Shown here: piece by piece, positions 49,697 to 64,000 of the stretch
How positions within the stretch are numbered: the first letter of the stretch is position 1
Layout: every line of letters starts with the position of its first letter
DNA from: Azolla caroliniana
Taxonomy: Eukaryota > Plantae > Polypodiophyta
Direction of reading: 5' to 3'
DNA: 64,000 nucleotides
NCBI GenBank assembly: GCA_043228905.1
Contig: JBHGNT010000002.1
Span: 15,252,001-15,316,000, forward strand
Program-made: the position numbers and the translations under genes
The notes under the pieces: model-generated
Told to the model about the DNA's origin: nothing
Database searches by the model: none
Seen by the model: the letters and a program-made list of their open reading frames with translations, nothing else

Positions 49697-52215
49697 CTAT
49701 CGCGAGCAAAACACGGACGGTCGTCATCTTCGCGACAAGCGCAAAGGTCTCATCATAGTCCACGTCGTGCTTCTGCGCGTAGCCTTTCACTACTAAACGG
49801 GCATTGTATCGGTTGACCGATGTCGTGTGGTTTTTCACACACGATATGAAAACTAGTATAATAATTATTTACGATTAGCTTAATATATGGATATGGAAAG
49901 ATAGATGTGTTCAAGAGCTTCATAGCGTGTTTTACTACGCATAAAACGGATAAACAAGTATCAAGTTATGTGAGTGTGAAGTTTGAGGAAAAGAAAAGAA
50001 AAGACAAAATTGTGGGATATCCCACATAGATAGGACAACATTGGAACCCAAGATATATAAGGGAAACCAAAACATATACTCTATCAATGTGTGGAGCGTA
50101 GAGTGTTCAAGGTGACTTGGGCTACATTATGTGGTGTGCATGCTTTTGGCATATGCGTGCATGCAAGAAATGCTTCGAGCGTACGCGCGTGTGAATGGTT
50201 GCGTGGACGTTTTTGGATGTATGCGCGCATGGACGTCTTCCGATGTACGCGTGTGTGCAAGTTTCGGGCGTACGCATTGACGTTTCGGACAGACGCGTGT
50301 GTGTGCACGCGCGCATGCTTGGATGCGTACACTACGGCGCGGTCGGGACGCGCGCATGCGTGGATGCGTACACTACTACGTGGTCGAGAGTTTTGCGCGC
50401 GGACGCGTCTACAATTTGGTTGCGACGCACGTACGGATTGCGCACGGGCTAAACTTTATGGATGATTGTGTCATTTGGCCGAATTATACGGACAATTACA
50501 TGCAACCAAACGCCAAGGCCATGCAACTAAAAGTAAAAGGCATGCATCTAAAAAGTAAAAGGCATGCATCTTTCTTCTTCCCTCTCGGAGTCGAGAAGAA
50601 AATTATCTCACATATTGATATCAAACTCCTAGCTTTGTTTACTTGATCTTTCTTGTCAAAAATTATCTCTGGTATTCATATCGGACCACTCCTTGCATGG
50701 TTGTTGGATCCTTTCTTTGAAAAACTAATCTCTCATTTCAATACCCAACCCATTGTAACACGATTCTGAAATTATAAAGAATTGATTTTCTTTTGCAATA
50801 AACGAATGATTTGTCTCTCCCTCTTGTCTCATGCTTAAAACTTGCTTGTGTTGTTCATGTTGCTCTAAATCCTTCTAGTCCAGAACCCCGGCGGTTCCGT
50901 CTCACGATCCGCACATAGTGACGGATTTTCACGACATAATTAAGTGGTTTCCATATCCATATATTAAGCTAATCGTAAATAATTATTTTACTAGTTTTCA
51001 TATCGTGTGTGAAAAACCACACGACACCGAGCTGTCAAGGTTGTACTGAACCTTGTACACCCAGTTACATCTTATTGGCTTCACACCTTTCGGTGCGTCA
51101 ACCAAGTCCCAGGTTTCATTTTCCGTCAATGCGCACATCTCTTCCTCCATTGCAGCTTGCTAGTTCGCGTCTTTCGACGCTTCTACGTAGCTCTCCGGCT
51201 CACGCACTTCCGCCACTCGCATCATGTACGCGTAATGGTGCACCATGTACTCATTATACCCGTATCTCTTTACGGGGTTCTTGAGGCGGGTAGATCGGCG
51301 TAATTCGTGATTACCCGATTTCACGACTTTGTCGGCTACCGTCGACCTCTATCGTGGAAGTTCCTTTTCAGTTTGCCCGTAGTCAGACTCACTCCGATCT
51401 GAATCGACGCTACCGAAGTCGTATTCCGGCATTTTCTTCTTGCCTTTTTCCTTGCGCGTAAGCCGTCTCCTCGGCTTCCTGCGCGGGGAATGCACGACCG
51501 AGTCTCCACTACTCGCCGTCTCATCATCTGGTTGGCCATCTCGGCCCAACCCCTCATTCGGCCCGCTTAGCCGAAGTGAGATCGGACTCTCTCTTAGAGC
51601 TCCGACGTCCTCATCATGCAGAGAAATTTCAGCCTTGCTGATTTCTTCTTCAGAAATCGGAATGGAGTCATGAGGTTTTGGAGGAGAAGACAGTTACCAC
51701 GAAGCAGACTCGTCGAACACAACGTCACGACTTATGCGTACTTCCTTTGTTCGAGGGTTATAACACTTATACCCTTTCTCAGCTTTAGCATCCAGTTTCC
51801 TCCTTTTCTCCTTCGGCACGTGCACATACGTGATGCTGCCGAATCCTCAAGTGAGCCAAATTCGGCTTCTCCCTGAAATACAGCTCATGTGGCGACACTC
51901 CTCCATTAGCAGAAGTCTGATTTTGCAGGTAGACAGCCGTCTTTAGGGCTTCGGCCCAATAGAATTTCGGCATATGCTTCTCTTCAAGCATTGCCCTGAC
52001 CGCTTCTTCAATCGTCCGATTCTTCCGCTCGGCTACGCCGTTTTGCTCCGGCGTATATCTACACTAGAATTCGCGTCAAATCCCCTCCTTCTATAGATAA
52101 CTTGTGAACTGGTCGGAGAAGTACTCCTTCCTGCCATCGGACCATAGGCATTTGATCTTACGCCCCGTTTCCCTTTCCGCAAGACTCTTCACCTTCAAGA
52201 AACATGTGAAGACTC
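49697..52215 (-). mobile_element. Degenerate copia integrase-RT fragment (copy at 18769-19955)
   Basis: MPKFYWAEA, WVYKV.Y, YNARLVVKGYAQKHDVDYDETFA. Confidence 0.85.
49821..51026. mobile_element. 1206-bp non-coding element with 79-bp TIRs and a CCGA duplication (right part only at 18350-18768)
   Basis: 49821-49899 is the reverse complement of 50948-51026 with 1 mismatch; it interrupts copia RT codons. Confidence 0.85.
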
Positions 52216-55200
52216 GATCTTACACCTTGCATGGTGTCTTAAAGATATTTGGTCCAAAAGCCTAATAGTATTTTGTGAATAAAAGAAAAAGATGTAAGCA
52301 AGACTCGAACTTAACACCTCTAAGATATGAAGCAATAAGCTTACCATTAAGCCAAACCATTTCTTTAAAGATTATATTTTTATCATTATAACTTTACATG
52401 TAAATTCTCATACATGAGAGCTAAAATGAGTGACGTGGTGGTTATCATGCACCACATGTAATACATGAGCGCCAAATGGCAAACATGCATTTTATGCATG
52501 TCTTGTACCCTCAAATGCATGAGGGCATCTATAAAAGAGGAGGGGAAAAAGATGAAAAAGGGGTAATGTAAAATTTTTGGGAATGTAAAATTCTTATCAA
52601 GAGCTTTGTACTTTACATCAAAATTAATATTAAGAAGAAAATTTGTGATGATATACCTTGTTCTTCAAATCTAAAGTCAAGAGTTCAATCTTAATCTCTC
52701 TCTCAATCTAAAATCAAACGTTCTATTTTATCTCAATCTCTCTGTCAAACTATCTTTAATCCTTTCTCGCTAAAGTTAGTGCGTACTTCGAATCCTTTCT
52801 GTCTAGAACCCCGACGGTTCCGCCTCGTGATCCGCACGTAGTGACAGATCTTCACGACAACATAACGTTCATCAACGACTTTCTCCAGACATAACTAGAT
52901 CTACTGTATGTGGCAGAAGAGCGAAGTGTTCGGAAACTTCCAAAAGATCAAAAATGAAGTCGAAAAGGCAAAAAGTGGGCATGTCCAATGCCTTCGATTG
53001 GCTGGCGACAAGGAATATTTCTCCAACGCGTTTACAACATATCTACAAGAAGAAGGAATTTGATGGGAGTTTACTTGCAGACACACACCTCAGTAGAATC
53101 GAGTAGCTGAACGCAAGAACCGGCACATACTTGAGGTGGCAAGGGAAATGATGAACTACAAACATTTGCCAAGGTCATAGTGGGATAAAGCGGTGAATGC
53201 GGTCGCCGTCTATTTGATGAATCACTGCACAACATCAGGAGTGCACAATGTTACCCCCTACGAAAAGTTCTATGGGAAGAAACCAGATCTATCCCACGTC
53301 ATGATATTTGGTTCAATGGCATATGTACATATTCCCGATGAGAAGCAGCAGAAGCTCGATCCCAAGTCGAAGAAATGCATACTTGTAGGGTACTCACTTG
53401 AGCAAAAAGGTTATAACTGCTTCAACTCTTCCACCAAGAAGGTACGAGTGAGTAGGGATATAATATTTGATGAGTCAGCATCCTGGTATACAATCGAATC
53501 AGCTCCATTTGACACAGTCGAGACTAAGTTCGACACACAGAAGCAGAGGAGGATGATCGACTGAGGCCCACATAAGATGAAAGTCCAATCTCAACCAGGT
53601 TGAGTGGATCACAAGAGCCTCCAAGCGGCCAAAGCACATCACGCCGTAGTCCGAAATAAGACAAAGGAAAGGCCAAAATACCTAAGTAAGAAGACTCAGA
53701 TGGAAACGAATCGGGCCACTCACCCGATAGTGAGCATGGTGGACTAGATGTGCCCATCATGAGGACACGAGGAAAACCACAGTGTCGTGAAGATAACGCT
53801 TCATGATGTCGGAACAATGTTAAAAGTCTATAGAAAGGAATTTCCCATCTGGAGCTTGTCACGAGGAGCATGTACGATTTTTCGCTTCATGAATCGGAGT
53901 TTAGAAGTCCAAGATATAGCCTTCCCAATGATTAATGCTACTCGAGACACAAACGTAATTATGTCAAAAGGGAGATTTGAAATTAAATAAGAGCGATTTT
54001 GTAATTTCTCAAATGTACAATTACAAAATCGAATTTGCAAAATTTATTAATAAATAAATAAAATAATAAATAAATCTAAAATAAAAAATCAAAATAAAAT
54101 AAATAATAAATATATAACCGCCCCTACATGAGGAGGTTTGTCAACTGCCTCAAGAGGGTGGTTGGGCGATTGACCCCCCTATAAAAGCCACCACCATGGG
54201 GAACGGGAGAAAGAGAAGGGGAAGGAAGAAGAAAAAGAGAGTGAAGAAGCTCGCGTGGGTGTGGGATGCAGAGTTCGCCCAAGAAGATAGTGACTTGCAT
54301 AAGCCAAGACAAAAGTTAAAGAAAAGAAAGAAAAAGTAAGAAAAGGAAGAAGTTGAAGTGGTGTATCTCAAATGCCTCTTCACAAACAAAAGGTAGTGAC
54401 TTTGAATCCTCTCAAAGCAACTTCTGATGCCGACTGAGCCGGCTATAGAGCCGATCGACATCCGGATTTTTTTTCTCTCTCGACGGCGGTGCGATATCAT
54501 GGAGTAGTAAGAAACAAGCAACAGTCGCACTGTCGAGCACCGAAGCCAAGTACAGGGGTGTGGTTGTAGCCGCAAGTGAACCTTTTTGGCTCAAGTCAAT
54601 ATTGAAGGACCTAGCCGTTCCCATCAAGGATCTGATTCTCCTCTATTGCGACAATATGAGTAGCATTCACCTAGCTCGGAACGCCATCCTCGACACTCGA
54701 ACCAAACACATTTAAGTACACTATCACTTCATCCGAGAGGATGTTTTGGCAAGAGATGTCGACTTGCCACACATCAACACGAATCTGCTCGTGGCCAACA
54801 ACTTTACCAAGGCCGTAGGTCTTTCGACCGTTGACCAACCGAGCTTGAGGGGGAGCAGGAATATTAAACAAGAATCACAAAGATCGAACCGAGCCAACTT
54901 TGATTCGACACCAGAGGTAAGTACACCTCCCGAGCTTTCAAACAGTACCTATCCGACAAAGGGATCAGACATCGAAAGACCGCTCCATACACACCCATGC
55001 AGAATGGAGAGTGGCACAATGGATGAACTGAAAAATCCAAGAGAGGGTGACGGAAATGCTCTAATAAGCCGAACTAAAGCTAGAGTTCTGGGCCGAAGCA
55101 TTGCAGACGGCGGTATATCTGATCAACCTGTCGCTGTTAGAAGCAATCAGGCTCGAACTGCCACAGGCACTATGGTCGGGAGTAAAGGAGAAAAGGAGTA

Positions 55201-58200
55201 AGTTGGCACCCCATGCATTGAAATGCATATTTCTTGGTTATGGAACCAATGGGGAATTCGGCTATAGGCTGTGGGACCTAGAGAACCGAACATTGATCTG
55301 TAGTACTGACGTAGTCTTCAATGAAAACTCTATCCTCTCTAAGCAGAGCCAACAGAAAATAGTTGGTAAAAAGGTATCCTTTGAAATCAATAGAGATGGC
55401 GTAGAAGGACCGTACCACTAGGCCGAATCGGAGATTCGACAACTAGTTGAACTTGAAGACAAAGCCATCAAAGGCAAAGCCGAAGCGACAAGAATAAAAA
55501 AAGGCAAAGTCGACAAGGTACAAGTCAGAATAGATAGAGTTCGACCCGACTAAAAACACCCAAGGCTAAGTCCCCTACCTCGAATTCAATCAATCTCGAG
55601 CAAGGGGAGGATGAAATGACATCGCTGAACTCCTATTCCAAGGGCAAGTCATACAATAGGACTCTTGACATAAGTGGTTCAACAAATATTGATCGACCGA
55701 TAGAGCCGATCGAAGGATCCGAATCGATCACTTCGGCACCCAGGATATTTGGAGAAGTTCGAAGGCTTACAGAGTTCTATCAACTAGGCCTCAACTACGT
55801 CAACTACACCGATGCAAGCGAACCAAGCACATACGAAGAAGCTATAGCCGCATCGGACGCTGATACATGGCTACAAGCTATGCAATCTGAGTTGGACTCG
55901 ATACGACACAATCAAACATGGGAGTTGGTCGAACTACCAGCAGGAAGGAAGCCACTACCTTGCAAATTGGTCTTCCAAGGACAAATATGTATCCGACTCT
56001 GAGAAACCCAAATACAAAGCTCCGCTTGTTGCGAAAGGATTCAAACAAAAACACAGGGTCAAAAAGTGGCAAGGCCACGGGGTTCTTGGACTAAGGAGCC
56101 GGTGAGAGTAGGAAAGTTCTTCGGATCGGTAAGAAGATGAGCACACGGACTCCCTCGCTCATACACACAACACGACAGGAATACACCGAAGACAAGACAC
56201 GAGAAATCCAAAACACATGGAGAGACTCAACGAATTAACGATGAAAAGAAGAAACGGGAAGAGATTCCAACTGGCCGTGGCCAGCAAAAGAGCTTCGAGC
56301 TGACTATAAACACACACAGACACTAACTATAAACACCCAGTCACCTTGCTCGATCTTCTTTGGCCAAAACCTGTGTGTCCGGTCGAACCGGCCCTTGTTC
56401 TTCTTCCGCGCCGCCTCCAGATTTGCCTTTGCTCGTTCCACATCCTCCGGCCTCCGCTCGAGTTGCCGAATCGTTGCCTAGTCGACCTCCATCCACGACG
56501 AGATTGTCGACCGCCGTCCAGATGGGGAATCTCGTGTCGGCCTTGTCGTCATGATTTATCACCCATCCGATTCTGGCCGGGCTCGTGTCCACCGTCATGA
56601 AAACCAGAGTGCCCTTCTTGTACGCCACTTTCTGGAGAGCCGGTGCCGCCGTTAGCTTTTCCTTCAGTCTCCGAATCGCCTCCATGTGCTCGTTGTTCCA
56701 TTTGAATTTCTAACCTTTCTTTAGCAAGCAATAGAGCGGCTCGACAATATGTGCGTAGTGCAGAATCCAAATGTGGTAGAAGGTGCACGTCCCTAGGAAC
56801 CGTTGGACTTCTGTGACCAACCGATACTCTTCCTTCATTGCCGAGAAGGCCTCTACCTTCGGCGGAGACAGTCTCCAGCCATATGGCCCGCATAGGTCAT
56901 TGACTACCAGGATCTCTGATTGTCTGAAAGCCCACTTCTGCCCGGAGAAGGTAAGTCGAGCGCCCTCAAGGCTCTACAATATCTTCTCGCAGTCGGAGAT
57001 GTGGTCGACGAAAAATCCCAGGCATCCGTCCGCCACGATCGACTCATCTTTCGCATCCTCCGAACATCCCTTGATTGGGATGTCATCCATAAATGGCAGG
57101 GTGATGTTCGGGATGCATTCCCTCAACACCTTGTTCATCGCATTCACCGAATTGGTTCTCCCTTGCAGTAGGGTTTGCATTGTCATGATGTCTCTACTCT
57201 CCACGGCTAGCTGGAACTGGTCATACCCAGAGTATAAGTCGCTGACCAAGTAGATAGACCTTCCAGCGAAGGCCCCCGCAAACTCGTCGATCGTCGGACC
57301 GAGTCCTTAATTTCGAATGGTCACCTTGTTGACCTGATGCATGTCCTTAATAAAGCACAGTGTGTTGTTCTCTTCGGCACTGTAAACCACTTATTTGAGT
57401 ATGGGGCTCATGACGGCTCAAGGATACCCATATTGACCTTCTCCTTGAGCACCTCCATCAACTTTGGGATGTGAGCTCTCGGTACCGGAATCGGTTTGAG
57501 GTTCCACAGTACATGCGACACTGTGAAGATCACCATCGGTTCTACGATTTTCGGGTCGACGCACCCGATCTCCCCCTACGAGAACATTGTCGCATTGTTA
57601 TGCGCGTGCGTGGGGAACAAGGCGGAACCACGGGGGCCTTGGACTGAGAAATAACCGAATGAGAAGAGGGGAAGGAAACTACTGATGTACTTCACACGCG
57701 CACAGGCACACAGATTCACAGGAGTTGCAACTAACTCTGAACAATGGAGATAGAACGATAGTATATGTATATATAAATCAAGGGGTTACAACCGGCATGC
57801 CGGCGAGTGGTAGGCTCCGACGCCTACACACACACACACAGAACGCGAGATGGAGACTTTGCTGGAAGCACTCGGGCGTTCCGCAAAGCAGAGTCAACCT
57901 CCCGAAAACCTGCACAGAATGACTATGGAGACGACAGAGGAGAAGAGCTAGGTTTCAGTCTGACAACACTTCGTCCTCCACAAAACGTGATCCCCTCTTT
58001 ACAATACCTCTCCCTCTCTTTTATAGCCCAAGGATGGAGGCCGTTACCACCCGTTACATCATATTTATTCCCTGTCCTTTCGAACAGAGATACGCCTCGA
58101 TTTTCTCCCTAATGAATGCGTGCTACCTAGGATTTCACCTCAACCGACTTGTCCCTATCTACCTACTATACAACAAAACTTGTGCCCACATGTAAGGGCC

Positions 58201-59844
58201 GGTTTACGCACGTTATACTCGGTTTCCGCCTAGGGACGGTTTTCTCCACGACAACGCGAAGGCTTTCCGATGCCTCTCGAGCATCCTCTGAAACCGGTCC
58301 AACTCTGTCGGCAGTAGGAAGCCAACCCCATCGATCTTCAGCTCCAGTAGTGTCTTGTCGGTGAACCAGTGCCCTATGCCAGCCAGATCTCGTAAACTCG
58401 GGTCCGTCGCGACCCTTTTCATCCATTCCGAGTTGTCCTCCGGTAAGAGAGCCACCACTGGCCTCACCTTCCAGTCCACAATCTTGTACTTTGTGTCTAC
58501 TCGGGCGTTCCAATCCGACCAGATCATCTTCCCGAAGTTCGCCATGACTTCGTACATCTCGACGGAATTTAGCGGAACGACCCGGTCTTCGCTAACATCC
58601 TCCTCGACTACCCTCTTGATCTCCCCAAGGGTGTCATCGAATGAGACCGCCTCCACGACACTGCTATTCGAGTCGTCAAGGTCCAAGGCTCCACATGCCT
58701 TCAGACGCCTTTCAACTTGCTTCTTCTCCCGGCCACCAATGCCGGCTATAGTAGAACCTCCATTTCCAGAGAGCCAAAATTTCCTACTTATGGTACATGT
58801 GTGGGGTTTCCTCCGGTTTTCCGGACTATCGTGGCCCCATGCCTTGATAGTGCTCTTTAAAGATCCTCTCAGCTCTCGCCGCCGAGAGAATCTCGGTTTG
58901 GTTCATGATTCCGCCTTATTGTTAAGAAGTGGATGGAGTTCTTACCGTCCTAACTCTTTACCCTCAAATATGTCAAACCATTGTCCAACACCTTCATTTC
59001 CATCCAAGCCATCGTAATGTAAGGTTCGCCAAGAATTACCGGGTGGAAGCATGTCTCCTACACGAAGAAATGTTGGTCTATTTCGACGTCACCGACCTTC
59101 ACCTTGATGTTCGGGCACAGACCATGAACCTCTTCGGTAGCGGGGGTTATCGTGCGTATCTTCCAAGCATGCTTCGTGTTGATCGGCCACTTCCCCTTTT
59201 TATAGAAGTCCATCGACATTAGATTGATTTCCGATCCGTGGTCGATCAACACCACCACCGGCTCCTTCACATCCCCGATCTGGACTAGGGTCTTTGTCGT
59301 CACTCTGACCCAGTGTAGGATCATATAGTGGCTATCTGGAAACTCCTCTTCCGTCGCCACCTCTTCGATGTGGGCCACATTCACTGTTGTCCATGGGACA
59401 AAAAGAGCACTAGTTGCACCAGTTGCAAACCGAGCACACCGCCGCCAGAGAACAACATCAGGATGCTTGGCGACAGGACAAGGATGAAACTGTAGCTCAG
59501 CTCACCACACGCGATGAGCAAATAATCACGCTCATCACCGAAAAAGCGAAAGATAATCAAGCTACTTTAGCACTCCTTGTCCGCAAAAGCCAAGCAGAAG
59601 CCAAGGCCGCACAGGAGGCAATGGAAGTTCACCGCGCTAGCATCGGCATGGACGATACTAAAATCAACATCCTAATCAACAAGTATCGCCAACAATTCAC
59701 CACAAAGATCAAAGACACCGTTGACCGTGTTTGGCAGGGGTGGTCAGCCCAAGCTGTGGACCTACACATACTACACGCAGATGCCGAGAACCGACGGAAG
59801 GAGGGCCAAGGGTTTTACAAGATGGATGACACCAGCATCCAGAC

Positions 59845-62800
59845 TGTTGAGAAGCAAGCTCAACATGGTATGTGATGCTTATTGGGAAATAAGCTATAGT
59901 AGCTATTTAGCTACTTCTGAACATAAAGTAGAAACAGCTAATTAGCTAGTAGCAGCTAATTAGCTACTGACAGCTATTTAGCGACTGACAGCTAATTAGC
60001 TACTGACAGCTATTTAGCGACTGACAGCTAATTAGCTACTGACAGCTATTTAGCGATTGACAGCTAATTAGCTGCATACGTAAGTAACTTATTACTTAGG
60101 TAGAAAGTAAGAGAGTACGTAAGTAAGAAATACAGGAAGTAGAACTCAGAGAGAGAGAGTGAGGAAAGAGAGGAAGAACTCAGAGAGTGAGAGAAAAAGA
60201 GAAAAACAGACGAGAGCAAGTAGATCTCCACGTGTAATGAAATAGAAGAAGTTTTGGCTGCTACAGAGGTAAGTCTCCTTCCCTCTTCCCTTCTGTGTTT
60301 GAGCACTAAACGATCTAGCACACCACGATCCGCCGCGCACATAAGAAGAGCCCGAGTGCCTTCTTCACGTTTTCTTAACATGGTATCAGAGCAGAGTTGC
60401 TCATAAAGAAGAGTATAGAAGTGCATAGATCTGAGAAAGGTATTTCTCTGTTTGCTTATCTGAATCAGAAAGGTACTTGTTGAAGTAATCGTAGCAGAAA
60501 CCCTAGTTTGGAAGAGATAATGGCTGCAGAGAATGCGGGCCAAATAGTTACAGAGAAACTAGATAAAAACAATTTCCCAGCGTGGAAATTTAGAATGACA
60601 AATTTCCTAATGGGGAAAGGATACTAGGATTACATTGAAGGAGACCTAGACGAGGCTCCGGAGATCCCAGAAGAAAATGTCACAGCAGCACAGATTAAAG
60701 CATTCAAAGACTGGAATCAAGGGGCAAGGAAGGTAATGCATTGGCTCTCACTTAGCATCTCAAATTCGATGCTTGGGCACATACAGGATGTTATGCTCCC
60801 AAAAGAAGCTTGGGACAATTTGGTAAAACTGTTTGCAGTAAACACAAAAGCTAGAAAGCTACAGTTGAAGACTAAGCTAAATATCTTAGAAAAAGGTAAG
60901 ATGTCAATAAATGAGTATGCCTTGAAAATAAAGAGCATATGTGAATCACTTGCTTCTATCAATGTAAAGAGAGAAGATGATGATAAGGTAGAAATATGCT
61001 TGAGAGGCTTAGGACCTCAATACAAAAGCTTTAAAACCTCTATGCTTACAAGGGATAGTATCCCAAGCTTTCCAGATCTGGTCTCAATGCTTGTAGTAGA
61101 AGAAAGGAATGAGATGGATGATGTAAATAAAGGAAATCTTGAGAATGAGGGGCAAGCCCTATATAATAGTGCTGGAAGAGGCCGAGGAAGAGGCCATGGA
61201 AGATTTGGCTCAGCAAGAACCAACAATAATGGTTATCAAGGAAGAGGACAACAAACCATTAGAGGAAGAAACAACAACAGAGTGAGGGGGAGCAACCGAG
61301 GTAGAGGTAAGCAAACATATGTAAATGATGATGGTTGTTGGTATTGTGGAAAACCAGGCCACACACAGGCTGAATGTTACAAGAAGCAAAATGATGAGCA
61401 AAGAGGAAAGAGACAGCAGAATAACTATGCCCAAACTAGTGAAGATTGTGAAAAAGATGGTGCATTTGTGGTACAACATGAGATAGCAGCAGTGGCTGAA
61501 AGCTCACAGAAATGTAATGAAGAGTTTACATGGTATGTAGACTCGGGGGCATCTAACCATACGACTGTACATGCAAACTGGTTTGAAAGGTTAAGAGAAC
61601 TAGAGATTCCTGGCTATGTACAGACGGGTGATAATAGTACACACCAAATAGAACATGTTGGAGATATCCCATTGTGGGAAGAAAAAGTAAAGACTAAGTA
61701 TATGTTGAATGTAATGCATGTTCCAAATCTTGCTAAGAATCTTATTTCTATTGGACAGATAGTAGAGCAAGGTATGCAAGTAAAGTTTAAGCAAAGTGGA
61801 TGTTATATAGAAAAGAATGGGAAGCTCATTGCAAAAGGAAAACGACAAGGAAGAATGTTTATTTTGGATGTTGACATGCCTAGACAGATTTCAGCTATGT
61901 TTGCAAATGGAATGAGTGTAGTCTCAGATGTGGAAATGTGGCATAAAAGGATTGGCCACATACGTATGCAAACCCTAAAGAATATGTTGAGAAAAGATGC
62001 AGTGGCTGGACTGCCAAAACTGAAAAATTGTGAAATGGGAAAGATATGTGAAGCATGTCAATATGGAAAGCAAAATAGGTTGCCATTCCCTCATGAAAGA
62101 CATGTAAGTAAAAATTTGTTGGATTTGGTACATACGGATGTATGGGGACCAACTAAGAATGCATCTATCGGTGGCTGCAGATTTTATGTAACTTTTATTG
62201 ATGATTGCTCAAGGAAAACATGGGTGTATTTCATGAAAGAGAAAAGTGAAGTGTTTGAATGTTTTCGTAAGTTTAAATGCATGGTAGAAAAGCATGCAGG
62301 TACAAGAATAAAATGTTTAAGATCTGATGGAGGAGGAGAGTATTTCTCCAATGAATTTTCTGATTTTCTATGCAATCAAGGAATAAGAAGACAGTTCACA
62401 TGTAGATATACTCCACAGCAAAATGGAGTTGTTGAGAGGAAAAACAGAACATTGGTGAACATTGCAAGGGCTTTGATGACAGAGAAGAATATGCCATTGT
62501 ACTATTGGGCAGAAGCTGTAAATAAAGCAAATTATATTCTAAATAGATGTATAACATCGGGAGTACATGAAGCAACTCCTGAAGAGTGTTTCTATGGAAG
62601 GAAACCTAGTTTAGAACACTTAAAAGTGTTTGGATGCCTTGCATATGTACATGTGCCTGCAGAAGTAAGAAGTAAGCTGGATCCAAAAGCAAAAAAATGT
62701 ATTTTTGTTGGCTATTCAGAAGAACAAAAAGGGTATAGATGCTATAACCCTGTAACAAAGAAGATTGTGACAAGTAGGGATGTAATCTTTGATGAGTTAG

Positions 62801-64000
62801 CAAGCTGGTATAGTCCAAAATAGAATCCAGAGACTGATGAAGACAATGAGATTGAAGATAGAGACAAATCTGAAAATGTAGAAGACTGCCACAGAGATAG
62901 AAGCAAGGTTGGACAGCAAAGTCCAACATCAACAGAATGTTCTGGACCATCAAAAAGCTCAGATGGTAAATCTGATTCGAATTCTTGGACTGGAAAAAGT
63001 GGAGGACACAAAAAATGTGATAATAAAAAAGGAAAACAGAAAATGCCAGATTATGAAATGTTGGATGACTTGTCTAAAAACATGGAAGATGAGGATTTAG
63101 ATGTGTCATTGGATGATCTTCTTGGTATAAGAGGATTGAAAATCCCTGGTATGGAAAAAGCATTGAAGGATGCAAATCATAAACTGAAAAGATCAAATAG
63201 AGAGAAAAAAACTATTGACAGATTTGGTTATGATACATATATGGCTATGCATTATGCATATATGTCTAAGGTGGTACAGATCCCTGATCCAAGTAGTTTT
63301 GATGAGGCTAAAACTAAGAAGAAATGGGTGGATGCAATGCAAGAAGAGATTGATGCATTGGCTGAAAACAGAACATGGGATTTGGTGAAGTTACCAAAAG
63401 GAAAAAATGTGGTAGGTTGCAAATGGGTCTACAAGACAAAGCATGATTCCAATGGGAATGTAAGTAAACATAAAGCAAGTTAGGTTGCAAAGGGATATGC
63501 CCAAATGCAAAGAATTGATTATGATGAGACATTTGCACCGATTGCAAAGATGGCAACATTGTGGACATTACTGGCTGTAGGTGTAGCTAGAAGATGGTTT
63601 CTTCATCATATGGATGTAAAAAATGCCTTTTTACATGGTAACTTGGAAGAAGAAGTGTATATGTGTCAACCACCAGGTTTTGAAGATAGGAAGCATTCAG
63701 ATTATGTATGTAAGCTGAAAAAGACTCTCTATGGATTGAAACAGGCACCAAGAACATGGCATAGAGAACTTTCAGATTATCTGAAAAAACTTGACTTCAA
63801 AATGTCAAAGGCTGATTCATCATTGTATGTTAAAAGGAAAGATGATTGTATTGTTGTGATTCTGATTTATGTTGATGATCTCATCATTGGAGGTGATTTC
63901 ATGGATGAGATAAGTAAGCTGAAAAGAAATTTGGAAATGAAATTTCATATGAAAGATTTGGGAGATCTGAGATATTTTTTGGGTATTGAAATCATCAGAT
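59845..64000 (+). mobile_element. Unit-3 copy of the copia element (most complete)
   Basis: 5' LTR 59845-60380 after CAGAC; 695-aa gag-PR-INT ORF 60736-62823 with HTDVWG, RSDGGGEY and NGVVERKNR; shares stops with the other copies. Confidence 0.95.

Larger units (their letters stand above)
47658..64000 (+). repeat. Higher-order repeat unit 3 (least deleted; runs off the window)
   Basis: Retains segments missing from units 1 and 2. Confidence 0.9.

Noticed and set aside
50084-50465. Cys/Arg/His-rich ORFs
   Set aside because: Arise from alternating purine-pyrimidine low-complexity sequence within the TIR element.
614-64000. Array as a pure assembly artefact
   Set aside because: Units carry distinct SNPs and mechanistically coherent deletion junctions; long-read confirmation is still advisable.

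Overview
Eukaryotic land-plant genomic DNA, probably from a non-seed plant such as a bryophyte (inferred from TE types). The window is a tandem segmental-duplication array. It holds four near-identical, intact, intronless copies of a secreted, divergent dirigent-fold gene (A 614, B 16311, C 40686, D 47658) in a matrix of nested, degenerate retroelements. These include a Ty1/copia element with LTRs, PBS, PPT and TSD, two related non-chromovirus Ty3/gypsy families with an extra coiled-coil ORF (Gy2, Gy3), an older gypsy (Gy1), copia fragments and a LINE 3' fragment. The higher-order unit is about 38 kb and carries two genes. Units are A 614-16310, B+C 16311-47657 and D 47658->64000, and units 1 and 2 are eroded by private deletions with microhomology or templated fillers. 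Top candidate for novelty: Gy2 and Gy3 have no polypurine tract next to the 3' LTR. In its place is a conserved tRNA-Arg 3'-half mimic ending in CCA (GTGGGTTC-A N13 GTCCCACGGGCGTGCCA) 2 nt before the LTR, suggesting both cDNA strands are tRNA-primed. Also notable: gene copy C lies inside a Gy2 element, and there is an LTR-derived 1.2-kb element with 79-bp TIRs and a 4-bp TSD. All comparisons were made by eye; no database searches were run.
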